A stretch of 64,000 nt of DNA, from contig NW_027361863.1 in NCBI RefSeq assembly GCF_039654945.1, forward strand, positions 2,604,001-2,668,000, given 5' to 3'. Shown here piece after piece: positions 36,005-46,042 of the stretch. This stretch comes from Dendrobates tinctorius. Taxonomy: Eukaryota. Below the pieces are notes generated by a model. It was given only the letters and a program-made list of their open reading frames with translations. It had not been told where the DNA came from and did not search any database. Both the position numbers and the translations under genes were made by a program. Every line of letters starts with the position of its first letter. Position 1 is the first letter of the stretch.

Positions 36005-38900
36005 CTGGGCTTCAACACAGCCAGTTGTTGCTCAGATGTGTCGTCTGCACAGAGAAAAACACTAGCTCCTGTGTTAGTGGGGTTCAGTAATGCCAGCTGC
36101 TCCCCTGCTGTGTGGACGGCCCAGTCTGCTGCTCCATCCACATTCAAACTCCTACTGATTTTTAACCGTGCTCCACTTAGGCCTCTGGCTCCACTGTCTC
36201 TAGTATTTCCCCTGGCCTCCAACCCCGCCTGTTACGGCTCTGAAGTGGCATCTGCACAATCCACACTTGTTCCTGTGTTACTTGGGCTCAGTCACGTCAG
36301 GTGATCCCCTGATGTGTGTCCGGCAAGGTCACCTGTCCACATTCCCATTACTAGTAGTGTAAATGAGGACAGAGCAGGAGACCTTGCCGGACACACATCA
36401 GGGGATCAACTGACAGGACTGAGCCCCAGTAACACAGGAACAAGTGTGGATTGTGCTGACGCCACTTCAGAGCTGTAACTGGCGGGTTGGAGGCCAGGAG
36501 AAATACTAGAGACAGTGGAGCCAGAGGCCTAAGTGGAGCACGGTTACAATCATTTGTAGTCTACAACCTCTATAAAACCAGCTGCAAGTTGGCCTCCAAC
36601 AACGCCAGTTAGTGTTCAGATGTGCCGTCTTCACAGAGAAAAACACACTAGCTCCTGTGTTAGTGGGGTTCAGTAATACCAGGTGTTCCCCTGCTGTGTA
36701 GACGGCAAAGTCTCCTGCTGCCTCCACATGCCAACAACATCAGGCCTCAGCCTGCTCCATGCCTCAACCTGGGCTCCAACAACGCTAGTTGGTGTTCAGA
36801 AGTGCCGTCTTCACAGAGAAAAACACACTAGCTCCTGTGTTAGTGGGGTTCAGTAATGCCAGCTGTTCCCCTGCTGTGTAGACGGCAAAGTCTCCTGCTG
36901 CCTCCACATGCCAACATCAGGCCTCAGCCTGCTCCATGCCTAATCCTGGGCTCCAACAACGCCAGTTGGTGTTCAGAAGTGCCGTCTTCACAGAGAAAAA
37001 CACACTAGCTCCTGTGTTAGTGGGGTTCAGTAATGCCAGCTGTTCCTCTGCTGTGTAGACGGCAATGTCTCCTGCTGCCTCCACATGCCCAAAACATCAG
37101 GCCTCAGCCTGCTCCATGCCTCAACCTGGGCTCCAACAACGCTAGTTAGTGTTCAGAAGTGCCGTCTTCACAGAGAAAAACACACTAGCTCCTGTGTTAG
37201 TGGGAGTCAGTAATGCCAGCTGTTCCTCTGCTGTGTAGACGGCAAAGTCTCCTGCTGCCTCCACATGCCAACATCAGGCCTCAGCCTGCTCCATGCCTAA
37301 TCCTGGGCTCCAACAATGCCAGTTGGTGTTCAGAAGTGCCGTCTTCACAGAGAAAAACACACTAGCTCCTGTGTTAGTGGGGTTCAGTAACGCCAGCTGT
37401 TCCCCTGCTGTGTAGACTGCAATGTCTCCTGCTGACTCCACATGCCCAAAACATCAGGCCTCAGCCTGCTCCATGCCTCAACCTGGGCCCCAAAAACGCC
37501 AGTTGGTGTTCAGAAGTGTCGTCTTCCCAGAGAAAAACACACTAGCTCCTGTGTTAGTGGGGTTCAGAAACGCCAGCTGTTCCCCTGCTGTGTAGACGGC
37601 AAAGTCTCCTGCTCCATCCACATTCAAACTACTACTGATTTTTAACCGTGCTCCACTTAGGCCTCTGGCTCCACTGTCTCTAATTTTTCCCCAGGCCTCC
37701 AACCCCGCCAGTTGCTGCTCTGAAGTGGCGTCTGCACAATCCACACTTGTTCCTGAGTTACTGGGGATCAGTCATGTCAGTTGATCCCCTGATGTGTGTC
37801 CGGCAATGTCTCCTGCTCTGTCCACACTCCACATGTGAATGAGGACTGAGCAGGATACCTTGCCAGACACACATAAGGGGATCAACTGACGTGACTGAGC
37901 CACAGTAACACAGGAACAAGTGTGGATTGTGCAGACGCCACTTCAGAGCTGTAACTGGCGGGGTTGGAGGCCAGGGGAAATACTAGAGACAGTGGAGCCG
38001 GAGGCCATAGTGGAGCAAGGTTACAATCAGTAGTAGTCTACAACCTCTATAAAACCAGCTGCAAGTTGGCCTCCGCCTGCTGCATGCTTCATCCTGGGCT
38101 CCAACACAGCCAGTTGTAGCTTGGAAGTGCCGTCTGCACAGATAGAAACACTCGCTCCTGTGTCTGTGGGGTTCAGTAATGCCAGCTGTTCCCCTGCTGT
38201 GCGGATGGCAAAGTTTCCTGCTGCCTCCAAAATCACGCAACATCTTATTTTCTACTTGCTCCAAGTAGGCCTCAGCCTGCTCGGAGCATTGATCCTGGGC
38301 TCCAACACAGCCAGTTGTAGCTTAGAAGTGCCGTCCCCACAAATAGAAACACTCACTCCTGTGTCTGTGGGGTTCAGTAACGCCAGCTGCTCCCCTGCTG
38401 TGTGAATGGCAAAGTCTCCTGCTGCCTACACCGTCACACTACTACTGATTTTTAACCGTGGTCCACTTCGGCCTCTGGCTCTACTGTCTCTAGTATTTCC
38501 CCTGGCCTCCAACCCCACCAGTCACTGCTCTAAGGGTCGTCTGCACAATCCACACTTGTTCCTGTGTTACTAGGGCTCAGTCACGTCAGTTGATCCCCTG
38601 ATGTGTGTCCGGCGATGTCTCCTGCTCTGTCCCCATTCCCATTACTAGTAGTGGGAATGTGGACAGAGCAGAAGACCTTGCCGGATACACATCATGGGAT
38701 CAACTGACGTGACTGAACCGCTGTAACCCAGGAACAAGTGTGGATTGTGCAGACGACACTTCAGAGCAGCAACTGGCGGGGTTGGAGGCCAGGGGAAATA
38801 CTAGAGACAGTAGAGCCAGAGGCTGAAGTGGAGCACGGTTACAATCAGTAGTTATGTACAACCAATATAAAACTCGCTCCAAGTAGGCCTCATCCTGCTG
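36005..38900. repeat. 177/180-bp tandem array with three ~410-bp inverted-repeat hairpins inside the hAT element
   Basis: Unit starts 36591, 36771, 36948, 37128, 37305, 37485; foldbacks 36148-36560, 37628-38037, 38441-38852. Confidence 0.9.
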
Positions 38901-38909
38901 CATGATTGA

Positions 38910-40140
38910 CCCCTGGGCTCCAACATCGCCAGTTGCTGCTCAGAAGTGTCTTTGACACGGGTACTCCCTCCTGCCCAGCCTGGTTCCAGCACACCTGCTG
39001 TTTCCGGGTAGTGTCAACGTCACTTTGCCACCAATACGTTGTCCTGTCGTGTTGCAGTCGGGTTAGCCGAGTCTATGGTGCCTGCAGTTTCGGTGCTTCC
39101 TATGTGGGCTGCGGGTTCTGGTACTAAAGGCTGGTTCCGTAGTGCCAATAGGACAAGCACCCCCTGTTGGACTGTGGGATTCGGTAACTGCGTCCTGCTC
39201 GCGGCCTTGCAACTTTGTTGATTATGGGTTCCTTTTGCTACCCATCCGGGTTCCAGCACAGTCAGCTGGTTCTCGGCAGTGTCTTTGGCACAGGTACTCC
39301 CTCCTGCCCAGCCGGGTTCCAGCACCGTCAGCTGTTTCTCGGCAGAGCCTTTGGCCGAGGTGCCTCCTTCTCTGTGTCCGAGTTCCAGCAATGTCTGCTG
39401 GTTCTTGGTAGTGCTTTAAAGCACAGGTACCTCCTGCTTAGAAACAGTGTTAAAGCACCGTCAGCTGGTCCACAGTTGTGCCATTGGCTCTTGTTCCTTC
39501 TGCTACCCATCCGGGTTCCAGCACCGTCAGCTGGTTCTCGGCAGCGTCTTTGGCACGGGTACTCCCTCCTGCCCAGCCTGGTTCCAGCACGCCTGCTGTT
39601 TCTGGGTAGTGTCAACGTCACTTTGCCACCAATACGTTGTCCTGTCGTTTTGCGGTCGGGTTAGCCGAGTCTATGGTGCCTGCAGTTTCGGTGCTTCCTA
39701 TGTGGGCTGCGGGTTCTGGTACTAAAGGCTGGTTCCGTAGTGCCAATAGGACAAGCACCCCCTGTTGGACTGTGGGATTCGGTAACTGCGTCCTGCTCAC
39801 GGCCTTGCAACTTGATTATGGGTACCTTCTGCTACCCATCCGGGTTCCAGCACCGTCAGCTGGTTCTCGGCAGAGCCTTGGGCCTAGGTGCCTCCTTCTC
39901 GGTATCCGAGTTCCAGCAACGTCTGCTGGTCCTTGGTAGTGCTTTGTAGCACAGCTACCTCCTGCTTAGTAACCGTGTTCCAGCACTGTCAGCTGGTCCA
40001 CATTTGTGCCATTGGCTCTTGTTCCTTCTGCTGCCCCTCCGGGTTCCAGCACTGTCAGCTGGTCCTCGCTAGTTCCATTTGCCATTGTTCCTTCTGCTAC
40101 CCATCCGGGTTCCAGTACCGTCAGCTGGTTCTCGGCAGTT
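38910..40140. repeat. ~66-bp repeats plus ~598-bp tandem duplication inside the hAT element
   Basis: GGGTTCCAGCACCGTCAGCTGG-like motif recurring at 39248, 39314, 39380, 39447, 39513, 39579; block at 38948 repeated at 39546. Confidence 0.85.
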
Positions 40141-42036
40141 CTTCAGCCTTCTTGTACCTTCTGCTACTTTTCCCAAGTTCAAGCTTGTGGAAATGGTTTT
40201 TGATTCTCACTCTGGATCTCCCTGACAATGACCCTGAAGACGATGACCCTGAAGACCACACAGAAGAATACCTAGATGACCAAGAGGACAAAGAACAGGA
40301 AGACAACCACCAAGATGCAGAACAACAAGAGACAGAAGAACAAGAAGCATAAAAACCAAAAGCAGAAGAACATTAAGCATAAGACTAAAAATAAGAGCAA
40401 ATGATATTATCTAAATTATAAGCAGAAGAAGACTAAGCAGTGTATGGGGGTGAGTCCGTTCCTCGTCGTGGTGCCCCTGGAAAAGGCCTGCTACTGCAGG
40501 CCAAACTGAACGCGGACAAATCCTGTTGTAAATCTTTTGTGACAGGCTGAACGGAAGGTGTAATCTTCAAACTTTTATAGATTACAACTACAGGAATGCC
40601 TGACACAAATAAGAATATGATGAAGAAGAATAGAAAGAAGATGAAGAAGTAGAATATGAAGAAGAATAATAGTTGAATAAGAAGAATATGAAGAACGTAA
40701 AAAAAAAAAAAAATAATAGGAAGAAGGTGAAGAAGAAGAAGATGAATAAGGTGAAGAAGAAGATGAATAAGGTGAAGAAGAAGTTGATGAAAAAGATGCT
40801 GCTGAGGATGATGGAGAAAGTGTGGGAGAAGTAAAAAAGAAGGTGAAGAGCATGGAAGTAGTGAAACATACATATCTGATAAAATATTAAAGACTTTAAC
40901 ACAGTCAATATCTTTGTAACTACAAACGTCTTAAATGGAATAGCAGTAATTTTTTTTTTTTTTTTTTTGATTGGGCTAAACCTCTATGGCTTTAATGTCT
41001 CCTACACCTCCCACAATACATTCTACATTATTATTAGTTGGTTTTTCTTCATGTAGAATTAACCTACAGGGAAAAAAAGGTTGTTTTTTTTTAAATTGCG
41101 ATATTTCTGTTCCATTGACTTGAATGGGACTTCCGGGATCGGAATCGGCGATACCCGATACTTTTTTTTAGATTGGCCGATCCATTCCGATCCGATATTT
41201 TTCAGTATCGGGTGGTATCGCTCAACACTAGTCATGACTATAAAATTCAGAACAGAGAAAAGTGAAGCGATTCAAACTTTTTTTTTTTTTTTTTGTTTTA
41301 AATTAAGCTTGTGATCCTTTGATTGCTAGTTTTACAATCTGCAATGTAAGCTTGGCGATGACAGAGGTCTTCAGAAGGTCCCCAGCGGCCATGGTGCCCC
41401 ATCGGCTCCCCTTGTATTGAATCCATAAGATTATACAACTCTATACGCTATTATGTTGGACACTCACATACACACTTTAGGCCTCATTCAGACATCCGAT
41501 TCAGCAAGCTGCAAGTTATGTACACCCCGGTCCAGGTGTGTCAACTAGAGCCGGGGGAGGTTGCCATTGGGTCCTAACGTCAGAAGGAATAGGAAGGAGT
41601 CTGCAAAGCAAACCGCTGAGACCTTCTGCAGCTAGATGCAGTGCGACTGTCTGCAGCCTCTGACACACCCGTGACAGATTGCCTAACAAACAGGCAGATT
41701 TTTTCATGGACGAATAGACTTGCATTGCAGATTTTGATACGACCTTTCGATCAAAATCAGACATGTCCCTACAATGATTGGTGGACCGCACGGTCAGTGA
41801 TGTAAAGAAAAAAAAGTTATTAAAACAATGGTTAGTCTTCTAACCCAGCATTCATTTTCTTAATCTACAGGAAGCTTCCAAGCCAATGTCAATTCTAGAT
41901 TTAACAATCTATTCCTGCTAATAATTAATCCATTAGTGCTGCTAGAGCACAAGGAACTGGACTATAGTTTTTGGATTACAACCGAGAAAAAGTATTACAA
42001 TTTTAGATTAAAACAAACAAAAGACAAGGAACCTTA

Positions 42037-42376
42037 GAGGGGTATTCCTATCTCCAGGATCCTATCCCAATGTGTAGTAGGTGTAATAAGAATATTATTA
42101 TTAAATAATATTAGCAAATACCTTCAATTAGAAATGTAGTATAGTTCTTCTTATTGGCTATGTCTCTTACCCCATGTTCAGGGCATTGCAGTAGCTTAAG
42201 TATCCATGGTTATGACCACTAACAGTCACTATATGAGTGGTCGTAACCATGGATGCTACTGCAATGCCCTGAACATGGGGGAATCAGGAGAACTATACTA
42301 CATTTCTAAATGGAGGAATTAGAAATTATTACACTTACTATATATTGGGATAGGATCTTGGAGATGGAATAGCCCT
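42037..42376. mobile_element. Palindromic MITE
   Basis: TATCTCCAGGATCCTATCCCAAT...ATTGGGATAGGATCTTGGAGAT arms. Confidence 0.75.
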
Positions 42377-42993
42377 TTAGGCCCTGTGCACACGGTGCGG
42401 ATCTGCAGGTGATGTACAGTACCATTAAAGCCTATGTAAAAAAAATAAAATGCTGTGCACATGCTGCGGTTTTCGTGCGGAAAAAAAAAAAAAGCCGCAT
42501 ATGACTTCTTTTGTGCGGTTTTGCTGCAGTTTTCCACCTGCTCCATTCTACAAATCCGAGAAAAAACAGAAGAAATCCGCAGGAAAAATGCAGGTCATTT
42601 GACCTGCAGATTTAGTAAAATCAGAGCGGAAAAATCCACGGGAGGATCTGCACTGTGTGCACATAACCTTAAAGGAACAGTCTATTTTGTCTTAATGTCC
42701 ACACCTTTTTTTTTTTTTTTTTTTCTCCAACTATTGTTTTCCAGGAGCCATAATTGATTGACACAAAAAAAAAAAAAAAAAAAATCATCGAAGTTGCTGT
42801 ATAGGGCTTGTTTTTTTGTGGGATGAGTTATTTGTCAGTGGCACCATTTTTGGGGCAGGAGAGGAACATACTCTTCACTTTTATCAAAATTGGAGAAAAA
42901 AAAAAACAAAACAAAAAAAACCAAAAACAGCAATTCATTTGGTATCGCCAGGATTGTGTTGATCAAAAGAACAAAGTTATGCAGTTTTACTTA

Positions 42994-43925
42994 CCGTATA
43001 TACTTGAGTATAAGCCGACCCCCCCTAATTTTGCCACAAAAAACTGGGAAAACTTATTGACTCGCGTATAAGCTTAAGGTGGAAAATGCAGCAGCTACTG
43101 GTAAATTTCAAAAATAAAAATAGTAGGATAAATGTTTTTGAATAGTCATATTGAATGAGGAGCCTCATATAATGCTCCATACAGTTCATGATGGGCCCCA
43201 TAAGATGCTCCATTCAAAATACACCCCATATAATGCTGCACAAAGGTTAATAATGGCCCCATAAGATGCTCCATAGCATAATATGCCCCATATGCTGCTC
43301 AATAAAGGTTATGCCCCCATATGCTGCTCCATAGATTATGCCCCCCATATGCTGTTGCCGCTGCAAATAAAAAAAATGACATCCTCACCTCTCTGTCTGT
43401 GGGGGCCAGGTGCCGGTGTCACCGCTGGCTCAGGACCCGACACCCGAGATATTCACCCGTCCTGGGTCCATCGCTGCACACCGCTATCGCCCACATCAGC
43501 TGTCAGTGACATTCAGACAGCAGAGGGCGCGGTGACGTGGTTAGTGCACGCCGTGCCCTCTGCTGCCTGAACGTCACTGACAGATGACACATCAGACAGC
43601 AGCAATGGACCGGGGACAGGTGAATATAGCCTATACTTACCCCTTCCTGGCGCGGTCTCTGAAGCCCCGTTCTCCCTTCAGCAGTCAAGTGGTACCGCTC
43701 ATTAAACTCAAATATGCGATTATTCATGCGTTTAATGAGCGGTACCATGTGACCGCTGAAGGAAGGAAGACCGTGGAGAAGCGGGGGGGCTGCAGAGACG
43801 CGGCAGGAGGGGGTAAGTATGACCTGACACCCCCGCCGACCCCCTGGCATATATGACTCGAGAATAAGCCGAGAGGGGGACTTTCAGCCCAAAAAAAGGG
43901 GCTGAAAATCTTGGCTTATACTGTA
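42994..43925. mobile_element. Non-autonomous Tc1/mariner(pogo)-type element
   Basis: TA-CCGTATATACTTGAGTATAAGCCG start; ...GGCTTATACT end; internal GCCCCATA repeats. Confidence 0.6.
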
Positions 43926-45930
43926 TTTTGAGTATTGTACAAAAATAATAAAACATATCATTTGTTTTTGTATCACCATATTCTAGAAATCACTAGTTAG
44001 TCCTCATGTAGCGTGTTTGATGGGAACATGTCTGTTTTTTGTAGTTTTCCTTGTTCCTATTTTTGGGACTTTAAATACCTCATTATTCCTTATTTCCTTA
44101 ATAAGGGGGCCTTCACTACGAAACAGATTAATCTTAAAAGGGAACCTATCCTGTCCCCAAATGATATTGACCTGAAGGTATAGGGTTAATCTGCAGTTAA
44201 ATAGGGGTGCAATGCTGCCCTACTAAAAGTGCGGCTACTGGGGGAAAATTAACTTTATTCTTCCCAGGAGCCGCAAGCGTTAAGTCATAGAGGCGTGCCT
44301 GGAATGGCTGCAGTCATCACTCGGTATACAGCAAACGTAGCTATAACCACGCCCCGGCACTTTGATTGACAGTCAGTTAATGTGCCGGGACGTGCTTAAA
44401 GCCATTGCTCACAGTATAGTGAGGGATGACAGTACTCGCTCCATGCACGACTATGACTAAAAGCCGGCGACTCCCGAGAGGAAAAAAGTTAATTTTCTCC
44501 CTGTAGCCCCATTTTCAGTACTGTGCCTGGACAACATTGGAACGCTATTAACCCCCATATCTGCAAGATAATAGTTTTTGGGGACAAGACAGGTTCAGTT
44601 TAATGGGACCAGGACAAAACTTGTACTCATTGCCGCTGGTCTACATGCATCAGCATCCAACACAGGGATGTCACGTTAGATCGGACCTCCAGGACTCCTC
44701 CCAACCATGATATTAAAGGTTGCAGCACATATCTTTTTAACACAGGCACACCGGCTCATCAGTACGAGCCTGTGCCTGCCATTGCTGCTCCTTCTGTCCC
44801 ATTTCTTTCAAAAAGAGGCCATCAAAGATACAATTTTAGGAAACTTCAGCATCCGGACACGAGATGAGATTGCTGCTGCCCGCCAGATATTGCACATCTA
44901 TCCTATTAAGTAGGATATAACGCATGCACGAGATCTGAGAAGTGCCAAGGACGCAACACTGACAGCGCCATTCACTCCCCGATATGGAAGTGACAGGCGG
45001 TGGATAACCCCTTTAAATTCCAGTGCAGATTTCTAGGACGGTAGTCTTCCAGTATACATAGATAGACACGCATACTTGTACTGTCCAATCACAAATCAAT
45101 GAGAATCAAAATGTATCTTTTAAATAAATTAAAAAAAAAAAAAAAAAAAAAGTCACACGGACACGTTCCCTACTGATCCCAATACGCCACCATTTTTTAG
45201 GCTTGCGGTCTGTTCACCTTCAGAAATTAATAAAATTTCCATTTCCCAGATTCTCAACAAACAAATATTGTAACACATAATATAAAGTCAGAGGACTCGT
45301 ACTAACTGGACATTTCCCCTTTATTTATTTATTTATTTTTTTTTTTTTGGGGGGGGGGGGATGGCTCACAAGGAATTAATTAACCAATTTATACCACGAT
45401 ATCCAACTATGAACTGTATCCAAGTAGTCCGTATTCAGACGGCCACAGATTTCCCCCTTAAACCAAGCAGCAGCACCGCTATTTTTCACTGCTGGGATGC
45501 TCATTGACAGAGGGAAGTTCATAGCTAGGAATGGCTGAAGATGTGCCAGCGGACCCAGAGGTGGATTCGCCCCATTGTCATTGAGGACTAAGTATTTTCA
45601 TTAAAGATCATTTTCTAAAAGATAAATATTGTAATTATGGCCACTCCAAAAAAAAAAGCCCACAAAAGGTGAAGCACCCAGGACAACGTGCTGCTTTTCT
45701 CCTCAGCGTAGAGGAGCAGGTCCGTACATCACCGTCGATTTCCCCTCAATTGTTTCTTCACCCAGAGTGGACAAGCAGAACACAGAACCCAGAATCCATC
45801 ATGCAGTCGCATCCACACCAGGGCTCGGCCTCCATTTCCCCAACCATCAGTCAGCGCCAGGTACCAAACCAATCTGCTCTGTGTTGATGCAACACGACAT
45901 TCATTCTCTGCGGCTCCATGGGAGGTGGTT

Positions 45931-46042
45931 TCAGAGGAAATTCTTTGCCATTGCATTCAATGTCCTGACTTTGGTCACATCGGCAACCTTGATGGAATAC
46001 TCCGAGGTAGAAAGTGCGGCTCCCATTGTCACGGAGTTGTTT
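45931..46042 (-). CDS. CUTC: CUTC last coding exon
   Basis: [36 protein letters not shown]. Confidence 0.95.

Larger units (their letters stand above)
31354..41230 (+). mobile_element. hAT (Ac/ZBED-like) DNA transposon, 9877 bp, with repeat cargo
   Basis: TIR TAGTGTTGAGC...GCTCAACACTA; exact 8-bp TSD GTCATGAC (31346-31353, 41231-41238); subterminal CCGATA/TATCGG motifs at both ends; internal transposase. Confidence 0.95.

Noticed and set aside
36798-36820. AAGTGC seed suggesting a miR-427/430/302-type cluster
   Set aside because: Only a 6-mer match, not in a simple ~60-nt pre-miRNA hairpin, and no further similarity to the mature miRNAs.
36591-37620. CRISPR-like repeat-spacer array
   Set aside because: Whole units are near-identical with no unique spacers, there are no cas genes, and the context is eukaryotic.
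39888-40908. Acidic and Ser/Phe-rich ORFs at the right end of the hAT element
   Set aside because: Low-complexity GAA/TTC tracts with no recognisable domain; not supportable as CDS.
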